Source: Octopus vulgaris
Lineage: Eukaryota
Reading direction: 5' to 3'
Assembly (NCBI GenBank): GCA_951406725.2
Contig: OX597815.1
Location: 205,902,001-205,966,000 of the forward strand
Length of the DNA stretch: 64,000 nucleotides
Position 1 is the stretch's first letter, and the number at the start of each line of letters is the position of its first letter. The position numbers and the translations under genes are program-made. Shown in pieces: positions 25,907 to 38,210 of this stretch. The notes under the pieces were generated by a model that saw only the letters and a list, made by a program, of their open reading frames with translations, searched no databases and had not been told where the DNA came from.

Positions 25907-25910
<4 letters not shown>
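25791..25910. repeat. Near-perfect ~55-bp inverted repeat with 4-nt loop
   Basis: ...gtaataagataaaaaaaaccaaggctgtgtagatattagag TACG ctctaatatctacacagccttggtttttttatcttattac... Confidence 0.95.
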
Positions 25911-25943
<33 letters not shown>

Positions 25944-26612
25944 TATTCATACACATTGTATATGTGTGTGTGTATAAAATGAGCTTCAAAGGAGACAAAC
26001 TACATTGCATACTTATTATCAACCTCTGAATTTACAAAAAAATTTTTCATTACACAAGCAATTAATTATTGTTTTTTAGTTGCCTCATCTTGAAGCCTCA
26101 CATTCTGAATATTGATTGCCAACACTAATTAAAATGATCCTAATTTGTTCTTTATAATTAAAAAGTATATTGAACCTGAATTGATGTTAACACTCTGTAC
26201 GTGTTAAGAGGCATCTCAATCAAGCACTTTTATTCATGCTTTACTCTATTTATTTCCTGATATCTTACTCTAAATTGGAAAGGAGTTATTTTCACTATGG
26301 TGACTCAGCAGAGTAGTTAGTTTGTCAATTAGAATGCCTCTCTGTGCTCTGGGTTCAAATTCTGCTATGCTCAAATGATCACCATTGCCTTTCATTCTTT
26401 CAGAGTTAATAAAAAAAGTACCAATTTGGTATGGTGAATTAGCAGAAAATTAACAGGCTTGGCTGTGCTGCTAAGAAGCTTGCTTCTCAACCATGTAGTC
26501 TTGGGTTCAATCTCCCTATCCAGCACCTTGGGCAGCTGTCTTCTACAATAGCCCTGTGCTGACCAAAGCCTTGTGAGTGGATTTGGTAGATGGAAAATGA
26601 AAGAAATCTGTC

Positions 26613-26665
<53 letters not shown>

Positions 26666-26684
26666 GCACACACACACACACATG

Positions 26685-27090
26685 AGATTGTAGTCGTGGC
26701 TGATGCTGGTGTCACATACCTGGTGGCATGTAAAAAACACCTTTCAAACATTGGGCCACATGGAGGCGAGGTGGCCAGGTTCCTTTCAAGTGTTGGGCCT
26801 CACAGAGGCAATGACCAAGACCTTTGGCATTATGTCGTGCTTGAGAAGAAGACCCATCAAGCTGAACAAAATCGCAGCCCTGGCAGATACCATTGTCATG
26901 CAAATGGCACCCATGCTGACGGCACCTAAAAGCACCCATTACACTCTGGGAGTGGTTGGTGTTAGGAAGGGTATCCACCCATAGAAACCATTGCCAAATC
27001 AGTCTGGAGTTTGCTGCAGCTTTCCAGCTTGCCAGCCCCGGTCAAACTGTCCAACCCATGCCTGTTTGGACAATGGATGTTAAATGATGA
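26685..27090 (+). mobile_element. Older RTE 3' fragment including the end of the ORF
   Basis: LGLTEAMT..DLWHYVVLEKK-type remnant followed by the family C 3' UTR. Confidence 0.7.
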
Positions 27091-27105
27091 CGTTATATAT
27101 ATATA

Positions 27106-27139
<34 letters not shown>

Positions 27140-27142
<3 letters not shown>

Positions 27143-27610
27143 CATGTAATTAAGAATGAAATGTTTGATTTTCTTTTGCACCAAGTTTGACAGTCGTCAA
27201 CTCTAATGTGTCATCTTGACAATTCTTTGTTTTACAACATTGTCGGGTTACATTCTCACTTTTTGAAATGTTATTCATGGTGTCTGATTATATTATGACT
27301 TTTGTCTTGTAAATCAATTTTTGTGAACCCATGGATAGATAAAAAATTCATGCTGTTTATGAATATGAGTTTTGCCATGGAACCAATGCATCCCAGACAG
27401 CTCGAAACATCCGTGAGGTGTTTGGTGAAGATCTGGTGAATGAGTGCACTGTACGTCGATGGTTTAAGAAGTTCCAATCTGGTGACTTTATTCTTGAAAT
27501 CAACCCTGTGGTAGACCTGAGACCAAGATGGATAATGATCAACTGGAAACTATAGTGGAAGCAGATACGTTTCAAACTACATGTGAGTTAGCAACAAGGT
27601 TTCATGTCTG
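27140..27610 (+). mobile_element. Mariner transposase N-terminal fossil
   Basis: From 27331: MDR*KIHAVYEYEFCHGTNASQTARNIREVFGEDLVNECTVRRWFKKFQSGDFIL, frameshift, then GRPETKMDNDQLETIVEAD; mariner HTH and GRP motif. Confidence 0.8.
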
Positions 27611-28996
27611 ATGCTCTCAACCAACGCACCAAACCAGAGTAATACAGCAGTGAATAAATTCAAAAGTATACTTTCTGGCTGAAGAATTTAAATATTTAAC
27701 TTTATAAATATAAGGGTAAAAATTAGTAAATGATTTATATCAGTGGTTAGCATGTGTAATAAAAGTCAGAAGACATAAATATTTTTAAATATAGTAGTGT
27801 ATGAAATATATGGAGAGAAAACCACCAAGTGGATTTCTTACATGCTAGAAAGGGCAGTCAAAGCCCAAAACCATGAAAAGACATTCTTACATTAAAACAT
27901 GTATATTATGACTTGTTGTTAATAAATATATTGTATTGGGCTCAGTGCATTGATTTGCCCAAGGGCCTATAATAATGCTGCTAAGATATCCCAGATCATA
28001 TCCCCATTGGAGATTGTTTCCAAGGTCTTTATTTGTAGAAATGGTGCTTATCTGGTTTTTCTTATATATAGGTCTGTTCTTTGTAAAGAGATTTGCATTA
28101 GAATCATTATCAAAAAGTTAATGTATGTACATACGTATGGATGTATGCAAGCATGCATGTGCACGTATGCATGCACACATGCACATACCTTCAATGTATA
28201 CAAGAGTACGTGACTAGAATGCACACTGATGTCTGGAAAACAGGATGTGAAATAGAACTAATGTGATGACAATGTCAGTGATGGAAGCAGCAGCAGCAGC
28301 ATATAAGGAGGAGGAGGAGGAAGAAGAATTGTAAAACTCTAAGAAACCATAAGTATTGATGAAATGAGGTTGACAAGATGCTTGTTGATACATAATGCGA
28401 TAGATCTGCGAAGTAATCTTCTGATGTAAGAAATGAAAGATGAATAGAGACCACAGGCAAACAACCTTGACAGAAGGCGCTCGTTCCAGATATGACTGAA
28501 GTCTTTGCTGATGTCAAACTCTGCAACATTTCTTTTGCAGGAAATTTGTAAAATGTGAGAAATCGGATCTCCATTAGACCCAGTTCTGTTAAGATTATTA
28601 CACTGGCGTTACTGAATAGCATGATAGGATATGATTATTTATGGCTACATCTACGCTTTTGAAATAAGAAGGAAAAGCCAATAGCTGCTAGATTCAGTGA
28701 CTGCTCTTCTTGGGGATGGAATTCTTGGTTACAGGTTTTTTATAAAGAAAGGAAACGAAGTATTTGGTGAGGATTGGAGATAGATAATATTAATAATAAT
28801 AATAATAATGATAATAATAATAATAATAATAATATCAGAACTAGCTGAACTGGAGCTACTGTTTACATATGATGTCTACATGTGGAAGTAAAGCAAGTGG
28901 GATGGAGAAGGAGAGTTAGGGATTGTCTTTGTTATGCTTAGCAGAATGGTTTTGGCAGTAAATGCAGATACTTTATCTGCAGGTGTAATATCTGCA

Positions 28997-29398
28997 GGCG
29001 GTGAGCTGGCAGAAACGTTAGCACGCTGGGCGAAATGCTTAGCGGTATTTTGTCTGCCGTTACGTTGTGAGTTCAAATTCCGCAGAGGTTGACTTTGCCT
29101 TTCATCCTTTCGGGGTCAATTAAATAAGTACCAGTTACGCACTAGGGTCAATGTAATTGACTTAATACCTATGTCTGTCCTTGTTTGTCCCCTCTGTGTT
29201 TAGCCCTTTGTGGGTAATAAAGAAATAGGTATTTCGTCTGCCGTTACGTTCTGAGTTCAAATTCCGCCGAGGTTGACTTTACCTTTCATCCTTTCGGGGT
29301 CGATTAAATAAGTACCAGTTATGCACTGGGGTCGATGCAATCGACTTAATACCTATGTCTGTCCTTGTTTGTCCCTTTGTGGGTAATAAAGAAATAGG
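28997..29398 (+). mobile_element. SINE family B (Meta-domain-like) with tandem duplication of its body
   Basis: ggcggtgagctggcagaaacgttagc head, gagttcaaattcc B-box, gcctttcatcctttcggggtcga..aagtaccag domain; body repeated from about 29229. Confidence 0.85.
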
Positions 29399-31094
29399 TG
29401 TAATACTTGCAGAGTTATGTTGCTGGAAGAATCATGGCTTGTGGGATTCTGCAAAGTAAGACACCAGAGAGAACTCTATTGCAATTTGGTATGTAAGGGA
29501 ATATTCATTGCCCATGTTATACCTTGCACAAAGGCACCTTTCATATATTTCATGATAGTCATCTTGATTGTGTTGCTATGATGGGTGCACTTAGGTGTTT
29601 CGTGGTTGTGGGTTTTGGTTATGCAACAGTTATACAGAGTATTCTGGTTTCAGTTCCCACTTGGTTATTTCAAATAAGTATGAAGGGTTACTTACTGTTA
29701 CCAGAACTACATAGAATTGGTGGAGTACTGACAAATGAAGTCACTCCAATTTTATCTTAACAGGATGCATAGCTCAGAGGTCAGGGAATTTCTCCAAGTT
29801 GAGCTACTGCTTCTCTGCCCTGAGGGGGTCACAGCTCCAGCATTATGGACATGTAATTAGATTGTCATGAAAAAAATTGCTAGATGGATTTTTCAAACCA
29901 AGCCAGTTGGCAGGAAACCTAGGAGTAGACCGAGAATGGGATGGTTGGATCCATTATTTCAATTGGTTATGTTTGGGAATCCAGCCAAAAAGTCTAATGA
30001 TGATTGCTTTTGACAAGACCTTATGGTGGAGGTGTCTGAGGACTCTCCTCCCATACTCCTCCCACGTATAGTGGGTAGAGAAGATAGATAGATGGTTATT
30101 AATTAAATGAAATTAATAATTTCTTTGCCAAATAAGTTTATTAAGAAGAAAATTTTCATTTATGATTGATATTTATTATTTGATGTATGTACATTTAATA
30201 TGTACAAGTTCCATTTACAAATACCTCTTTGATATTTTTTAGTGATAAGTGTTACATATATTATTTAATATATTTATATTTGTGATCTGTTTTAATCAAT
30301 ATTTTAATTTTTATCGGTATGCGATCTTAAATGTACTGTCTTCTACACACATATGTTAAAACGCTTTAAGTTTTACTAAAGGTTATTTCGCACTTTTAGT
30401 TTTTATGAGATATCCTATGATGTGGGCATAATGAATTTTAAATGGCCCTGAAGCACTCTTTTTTGTAACTATTCTCTCAAAGAAACTTCCTCATCTGATA
30501 CAGAATATTTCTCTGAAATTATTTATCTATAATTGGAAGCCAACTTGACTTAAGATTAGTGTACACAATCGAGATTTCGAGGAGATGGAAATTGTTAATA
30601 TTTGATTTGCATGTATGTGAAAGAACTGATTTCTCTAGAAGATTGGAATGTAATCTATTTGATCCTTGAAGAATGCCAACAACTGCTCAGAATTGTATTG
30701 AAGTACGGCTTGACGTTGGAGAAACCTCCTTGAAGCAATTTTGTCGGTATTAAGAGTTTGAGGCCTCCAGACCAAATTACTTGTAAGATTCAGCATTAAT
30801 GGCGTGTGAAAATATTTTAAGTAGGAAGTTTATCATGTGTCAGTAATGTCTAAGGAAGAAGATCAGAGAAATATCATTTGGTAAAGGTCGGTGACAGTAA
30901 AACTGGAAGAGACGATGATGGCTTGATGGGGAATAAATTTTGAAACAAAACATTGAGAATTGTATAGAAAAATTGTGGAGCTTATTATAGGAGACTTATG
31001 CACATTGTAAGAAATGGAGCATTTTACCGTTAGATTATTATTATTATTATCATCATTATTATTATTGTTATTATTATTATCATTATTATTTATG

Positions 31095-31402
31095 GGTTTT
31101 TCTTCTTCTTTCAAATTTGCTTCCATTTCTTGTCGAGTGTCTTCCCAACTCCTAGGGCAAAGAAACTCATAGTATACATTGGTAGGCCGTTAAACTAAAC
31201 TCACTAGTTCGTTCTTTTTTTTTTTTTTGATAGAAATAAAGTTAAATTAAAATACATGGGTAGTAATAGTTCTCACATCGACAATGGTGTACCAGTTAAG
31301 ACAATCTTTTGCACTTCTTGCAGGGATGGTAAGCCAGGGATCATTCTCATATAATTTTCAGTTCCCTTCTTGATCATTCCTAGTGCTCCTACGATCACTG
31401 GT
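31095..31402 (-). mobile_element. R4/Dong-like RLE LINE 3' end embedded in (TAA)n
   Basis: Minus-strand IPVIVGALGMIKKGTENYMRMIPGLPSLQEVQKIVLTGT, then a 3' UTR; flanked on both sides by (TAA)n. Confidence 0.7.
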
Positions 31403-31408
31403 ATTATT

Positions 31409-31474
<66 letters not shown>

Positions 31475-31490
31475 GTTATTATTATTTTTA

Positions 31491-31545
<55 letters not shown>

Positions 31546-31575
31546 TATTATTATTATTGTTATTATTATTATTAA
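31402..31575. repeat. (TAA/ATT)n microsatellite
   Basis: Seen directly. Confidence 0.95.
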
Positions 31576-31722
31576 TACTTTTTTCTCTGGTAGTTTCATA
31601 TGAGTTTCTGCTTCACCACCCGGTAAACCTCTGTTCTCCTAAAGAGTGTGCAGTAAAGCATTCTTATTTTTGTGGGGATTGGCTTGTTGTTGTTATTGTT
31701 GTTATAATTATTATTATCATTA

Positions 31723-31937
31723 AGGCTGTGAGCTGGCAGAATTGTTAGCACTCTGGTCGAAATGCTTAGTGGTATTTCGTCCATTGCCACATTCTGAGTT
31801 CAAATTCCACTGTGGTCGACTTTGCCTTTCATCCTTTTGGGGTCGATTGAATAAGTACCAGTTATGCACTGGAGTCAATGTAATCAACTTACCTCCTCCC
31901 ACCAAATTTCAGGCCTTATGTCTATAGTAGAAAGGAT
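31723..31937 (+). mobile_element. SINE family B (variant tail)
   Basis: Head and Meta-like domain match family B. Confidence 0.8.
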
Positions 31938-31959
31938 TAAGCCGTTCAATTGACCCGAG

Positions 31960-32270
31960 TGGCTGAGGCATAGCATGGCAATAAATCCATGATCCGATCC
32001 TTGCCGGAACACGAAGGGCAAATGATAACTGATCCAAGACAGATGTGTGCGGCCTTTCAGTGGCACTTTGCTCAACTATTTGGGAGCAGCAGTGAGCTGG
32101 ATCGCAGGATGGATTTCATGTTCTACCTCAATGGGCTGCTGTGGCTCTTGGTGAAAGAGGCAGAGCACTGTGAAAGGACGATAACAGCCTTTGAAATATG
32201 GGAAGCAGTGGCTAGCTGCATGAGGGGTAAGTCGCCTGGTTTGGATGGTCTGCCCTATAAGATTTTTTGA
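31960..32270 (+). mobile_element. L1/Tx1-clade LINE ORF2 fragment (region upstream of the RT)
   Basis: IRSL...ITDPRQMCAAFQWHFAQLF...CERTITAFEIWEAVASCMRGKSPGLDGLPY matches the KSPG.DGLP pre-RT motif. Confidence 0.75.
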
Positions 32271-32538
32271 AGTGTTTTCGTTATTTTCTTATTTTTTCCC
32301 TTTTCTATTTCTGTGAATATCCCATATACATAATGTGGAACCCCAAACATGTGTCTCACCCTTTGGGCAACTATCTGAGTTTCTGCTACATTCAGCTAGC
32401 TCTAACTAAAACTGTAGTAGGAAGGAAAGATCTCAATAAAAAAAAATAGTATTTTCTCCAAAAATGTATATAAATACATGATTTCAGTGATCTATGTAAC
32501 ACTTTCATAGGAAACGAAACTTATCACATTTTATACAT

Positions 32539-33200
32539 TTATTACCTCCGCCAAGGAAGGAGGTTATGTTTTCATTGGTGTTGGTTTGTCCGTCTGTGTA
32601 CAAAATGACTCAAGATGTGAACGGTATTTGATGAAACTTGCAGGAAAAGTTGGTGATGACATAAGGAACAGATGATGAAATTTTGATAGTGATCCAGGAA
32701 TTTTTATGGATTTTTGAAGGATTTTTCATTTGTTATATTTACTTTACATGAAGTATTACAACGTTCTTTGATTATCTCATTGAAAACATGTTCATCGTTT
32801 CCATGTAAACTATAGTGATGTTGCTGTTTCCAAAGTTTTATTTTCCTTTCTCTATTAGTAATTTTACTTGCGTATCTATGGACTCTTGAGGTATGATTGA
32901 TACTATACTGACCACAGAGGGAATTAAAGTCGATAGGGATGTTTAGTTTCGTAAGTAGACAGGCACCTCTTTTATCTTTGTCAAGGAATCATCCGACCAT
33001 CGTCCTTGGTGTTTTCAATGTGGATCTTCTTGATTTCCCCTAACCATGAGGTCTTGACAACTATGAACCAGTTTGGGTTTGACCAACTAGTCCAAAAACC
33101 CACCGCCAACTATGGAAGCCTGCTAGATCATGTTTACGTGAGCCAGGATCGGCATCCACAAGTCACCGTGACTGACTGTTACTTTTCCGACAATAATACC
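32539..33200 (+). mobile_element. Helentron-type element with AP-endonuclease remnant
   Basis: 5' end ttattacctccgccaagg..aggttatgttttc. Downstream PTIVLGVFNVDLL and FDQLVQKPTANYGSLLDHVYV...DCYFSD match APE GDFN, LDH and SDH motifs. Confidence 0.6.
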
Positions 33201-33417
33201 GGATATCTCTATATTTTTGCTCCATCTATACCGGATGTCGCTTCTCCCACCACCATTATAGGTGTCTACTCTTCGAACCCCCCTCTTCAATGCGCTATTT
33301 CACCATGCATTACCCCTCTCTTGATATCCTACGTTCTACTTGCCTAGAACCTGTCATCATTTCTCTGAACCACCCCTCCCCACTGGTGCTCCCCTATATA
33401 TTTCTGCCCCCCCCCCC

Positions 33418-33656
33418 ATAAAAGCACCATCCGAACGTGGCCGATGCCAGACCCCTCTGGCACCTGTGCAGGTGGCACGTAAAAACACCCACTACACTCG
33501 CGGAGTGGTTGGCGTTAGGAAGGGCATCCAGCTGTAGAAACACTGCCAGACTGGACTGGAGCCTGGGGCAGTCCCGAGCTCCCCAGACCCCGGTCGAAAC
33601 CGTCCAACCCGTGCTAGCGCGGAAAACGGACGTTAAACGACGACGACGACGACGAC

Positions 33657-33687
<31 letters not shown>

Positions 33688-33690
33688 TTG
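33418..33690 (+). mobile_element. RTE 3' end copy (family C)
   Basis: Family C signature; tail runs into a very long triplet tract. Confidence 0.85.
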
Positions 33691-33754
33691 TTGTTGTTGT
33701 GGTGGTGGTGGTGGTGGTGGTGGTGGTGGTGGTGGTGGTGGTGGTGGTGGTGGT

Positions 33755-33806
<52 letters not shown>

Positions 33807-34184
33807 GTGGTGGTGGTGGTGGTGGTGGTGGTGGTGGTGGTGGTGGTGGTGGTGGTGGTGGTGGTGGTGGTGGTGGTGGTGGTGGTGGTGGTGGTGGTGG
33901 TGGTGGTGGTGGTGGTGGTGGTGGTGGTGGTGGTGGTGGTGGTGGTGGTGGTGGTGGTGGTGGTGGTGGTGGTGGTGGTGGTGGTGGTGGTGGTGGTGGT
34001 GGTGGTGGTGGTGGTGGTGGTGGTGGTGGTGGTGGTGGTGGTGGTGGTGGTGGTGGTGGTGGTGGTGGTGGTGGTGGTGGTGGTGGTGGTGGTGGTGGTG
34101 GTGGTGGTGTGGTGGTGGTGGTGGTGGTGGTGGTGGTGGTGGTGGTGGTGGTGTGGTGGTGGTGGTGGTGGTGGTGGTGGTGGT

Positions 34185-34252
<68 letters not shown>
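33638..34252. repeat. Graded microsatellite (GAC)>(GAT)>(GTT)>(GGT)>(GGC)>(GGT)>(GT)
   Basis: Seen directly; about 600 bp, mostly (TGG)n. Confidence 0.95.
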
Positions 34253-34254
<2 letters not shown>

Positions 34255-34397
34255 ACTCAAGTTTTAGGCAATTATTGTTTCTTTTTAGTTTTATGCTGAA
34301 ACTAGTTTGCTGTTTTCATTGATGTGTTATGACTGCTTCAGATGATTCCTGTTTTTAAAGGGTTTTTTCTTTAAATCATATGGCTGTGTTATTTTTT

Positions 34398-34530
34398 TTT
34401 AACCCCTGCTAAGGAGGTTATGTTTTTGCCAGCGTTGATTTGGGAAATTGGGCGATTTTTCAGCATGCATGTATATGGGTGGAAATGAGCTGCTTGGCGG
34501 AGGTCGGTGCTCTCCGAGTGCTTTTCTAGT
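34398..34530 (+). mobile_element. Short non-autonomous Helentron (HINE-like)
   Basis: tttttaacccctgctaaggaggttatg ... cttggcggagg (sub-TIR) tcggtgctctccgagtgc ttttCTAGtt, inserted in a T run. Confidence 0.65.
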
Positions 34531-34551
34531 TTTTAATATTTCCAAGTTCCA

Positions 34552-34760
34552 AGGCAGCGAGCTGGCAGAAATATTACAACGCCTGGCGAAATGCTTAGCA
34601 GTATTTCATCTGTCTTTACATTCTGAGTTCAAATTCCGCTGAGGTTGACTTTGCCGTTCATCCTTTCGGGGTTGATAAATTAAGTACCAGTTGCATACTG
34701 GGGACGATCTAATCGGCTGGTCCCTTCCCCAAAATTTCAGGCCTTGTGTCTAGAATAGGA
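34552..34760 (+). mobile_element. SINE family B
   Basis: Head and Meta-like domain. Confidence 0.8.
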
Positions 34761-36071
34761 AGGAATATTTTTAAGTTCATTTTTTTTTTTTTTGTTAGAA
34801 CATAGTTCTTTCAGTTCTAATACATGCTTTTCCTAACGCCTAGCTCTTATCAAATGATAAGAGCAGGAGTGATAACAATGAAATTATTAACTGTGATGTG
34901 CCAAAGGAAAAATGACAGTATCTGAATTGAAATCATTTTCTTGGCATGCAGTGCTTAAGTAGAGTACAGATGTAACTTATCTAGATGCTATAAATATCAT
35001 TTGGAAAACCAAATTACTATGAATATAAAAGTTGTCTTAGCTATATTTTCAGAGTGTTCAATTAAAATACAGCTACATCACTTTTTATGCTGTTTATAAC
35101 CATCAACATAGTTATAATTGAGATGAAAGCTTCAATATGTTTTATTTAACAATTACATACAACCAAAAATTTACATGCTTAGAAGTAGTAACTTTGAAGA
35201 CTATATAGTACTTTTGTACAAAGTATTTTTTTTCATATTCATAAATAAGACTATTTTACATATAACCATATAGCATTCTTTAGTTACTATATTTCTCTTA
35301 AAATATATTGTCTTTCTTTCAATTACTTTTAAAAATAACGAAAACTTTAATAAAAATAATTTTGTCTTTATTAACCTGATATTTTGGAAAATAAATGACC
35401 TTGGAATTTTGCTGGGAGGTTTTCATTTATAAATCACTTTAACATATGAAGTTTGTGTTATCAAACCAGGAGCAGTTCCAAGCTGGTTGATATGAAAAAG
35501 GTGACAATTTTCTGAAGGTTTTTCTATTATACTTTTGAAATATTTTATAAGACATCATCAGCACACCTTGTTTCGGTTGCTATTGTATGTCTCTAGAATA
35601 TTTAGACATAACTTTACCTATCTGTACTCTAGGTATTGATATATCAAATTGGGAAAGTGTCTTCTACCATAGCCCCTGGTTGACCAAAGTCTTGGAAAAT
35701 TGGATTTGGTAAATGGAAACTGAAAGAAGCCCTTTTTAATCTATGTGTGTGTGTCTATTTATGTATGTATTTGTGTATGTGTGTGTATATGTATGTATGT
35801 ATTTGTGTGTTTATGTGTGTGTATATGTATATATGTATGTGTGTGTGTGTGTTCTACTGTCTCCTTACTTTGATTTCATGTGATAGTTGTAAAGGAATGC
35901 CACCATCAAGCAGTGTTTGGTCGTGGGGTAAATTACATTGCTTGGAAATAAGTGAGGGTTGGTAACAAGAAGGTATCTGGATGTAGAAAATCCACCTCAA
36001 CAAGTTCCATCCAACCCTTGCAAGCATGGAAAAGTGGACATTAAGCGATGATGATAATGATGATCTACATA

Positions 36072-37217
36072 CAAGGTGGTATCAAAATGTTCCTGGACTA
36101 GTTCTGTAGTGCACCAACAGATGGCAGCACATCATTGCATGCACAGTGAGAGCTAGCAATGACCTTTATGAGACAGTGTACCAGATGACGTTGTTGTGTT
36201 TGCTTCACAAGTTGTGAAATTTTTTTTTTTTTGTGATCACATGTAGTCTGATTTTGTCAGGGACAGGAAGTTGGAACAAAGAACCAACGTGAAATTTTGC
36301 ATTAACCCTTTTGATACTAACCCAACTGAAACTGCCTCTGGCTCTGTAGTACAAATGTCTTATTTTCAAAACTTCTGCATTAAATTCTTCTACCAAACCT
36401 TAGTCACAGTTTATGTTCCTAACACTAGCTGAGTGGTAACTAAGTTATTTTATTAAATTCTTCGTTATATTTAAAATTAATTGAAAGATACACAGAGCAT
36501 CTCAAAATAAATATGGTAACAAAAGGGTTAAACTTGGGAAGTCTGCTGCAGAGACATTGAGCACGCTTTGGCAAGCTTACGGCGATGAGGCAATGGGTCA
36601 TACACAACGCTTCAAGTGGCACAGACGCCTCAAAAGTGAAAGAACATTCCTGGAAGACGATGAGCAATCTGGAAGACTTGCCACTTGTGTCATCCCTAGA
36701 AATGTGGAATTGTGCATTGAGAATTTGTCCCCCAGAGCCTGTCCTTCAATTGAGAATTCTACTGCAACATTTTGAAGTATTTGAGGGAGAAAATTTGATA
36801 AAAATGACTGGATCGGTGGAGCATGAAGCATTGGGTTCTTCATGATGACAGTGCCTCCTATTACTGAGCTCTCCTCACTCATGAATTCTTGCCAAAAACA
36901 ACATGGTATGGCTTCCACACCTGTCCTATTTACCAGATTTAGCACCTGCAGACCTCCATCTCTTCCCCCAAGAGGAAAATGCAGCTCAAAGTTCATCGTT
37001 TTAACACCGTTGTCAAGATCCAGAGTGGATTGCAGAAGATCCTTGACTTGCTTATGGAAAACAACTTCCAGGCCAGATTCCAAAAGTAGCAGGAATACTG
37101 GGACAAGTGTATTGTTGTGCAAGGTGACTATTTCAAAGGAGATGATGTTAAAACTTAGGTAAATAAATAATTTTTTATTAAACATTACTAGTTCTGGAAC
37201 TTTTTTATACCACCTAG
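36072..37217 (+). mobile_element. Internally deleted mariner with nested piggyBac-like MITE
   Basis: TA-flanked TIRs caaggtggtatcaaaa / ttttataccacctag. Remnants LWQAYGDEAMGHTQRFKWHRRLKSERTFLEDDEQSGR, WVLHDDSA and C-terminal VVQGDYFKGD. Confidence 0.85.
36306..36527. mobile_element. piggyBac-like MITE (TTAA TSD)
   Basis: TTAA|CCCTTT...AAAGGG|TTAA; same family as 53809-54029 and 57154-57378, opposite orientation. Confidence 0.85.
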
Positions 37218-37496
37218 TACACACACACATACACGGTGCCATGTTAACAGCACTGGTGCTGATGCCTCATAAAAAACACCCAGTACACTCTGTAAAATGG
37301 TTGGCATTAGGAAGGACATCCAGCCATAGAAACTCTGCCAGAACAGAAAACGGAGCCTGCTACAGCCCCTCACCTTACCATACCAGCTCCTGTTAAACTA
37401 TCCAACCCATGCCAGCATGGAAAATGATTATTAAATGATGATGATGAAGATAATGATGATATATATGTGTGTATGTATACATATATATATATATAT

Positions 37497-37818
37497 CATC
37501 ATCATCATCATCATTTAACGTCCGCTTTCCATGCTAGCATGGGTTGGACGGTTCAACTGGGATCTGGGGAGCCCGAAGGCTGCACCAGGCCAGTCAGATC
37601 TGGCAGTGTTTCTACAGCTGGATGCCCTTCCTAACGCCAACCACTCCGAGAGTGTAGTGGGTGATTTTATGTGCCACCGACACAGGTGCCAGACGAGGCT
37701 GGCGAACGGCCACGCTCGGATGGTGTTTTTTATGTGCCACCGACACAGGTGCCAGACGAGGCTGGCAGACGGCCACGCTCGGATGGTGTTTTTATGTGCC
37801 ACCGACACAGGTGCCAGA
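37497..37818 (-). mobile_element. RTE 3' end copy (family C) with ~63-bp tandem units
   Basis: ttttatgtgccaccgacacaggtgccaga repeated three times. Confidence 0.85.
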
Positions 37819-37847
37819 TATACACACACACACATATATATATATTA

Positions 37848-38171
37848 GGAGCACTCCGTTGGTTGCGATGACAAGGGTCCCAGCTGATGCGATCAACGGA
37901 ACAGCCTGCTCGTGAAATTAACGTGTAAGTGGCTGAGCATTCCGCAGACATACATACCCTTAATGTAGTTCTTGGAGTGATTCAATGTGGCACAGTGAGT
38001 GACAAGGCTGGCCCTCTGAGACACAGGTACTACTCATTTTTGCCAGCTGAGTGGACTGGAGTAATGTAAAATAAAGTGTCTTGCTCGAGGACACAATGCG
38101 TTGCCGGGAATTGAACTCACGACCTTACAATTGTGAGTTGAATGCCCCTAACCACTAAGCCATACGCCTTC
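37848..38171 (-). mobile_element. tRNA SINE with family D 3' module (head type 1)
   Basis: gcactccgttggtt...cagcctgctcgtgaaattaacgtg module shared with 55097-55425 and 61993-62380; minus-strand A and B boxes at the right end. Confidence 0.8.

Positions 38172-38208
<37 letters not shown>

Positions 38209-38210
<2 letters not shown>

Noticed and set aside
33394-34322. Long ORFs (288, 207, 213 aa) of poly-P/H/W/V
   Set aside because: Translations of a (TGG)n microsatellite.
36598-37242. 214-aa minus-strand ORF
   Set aside because: Antisense to a decayed mariner transposase.
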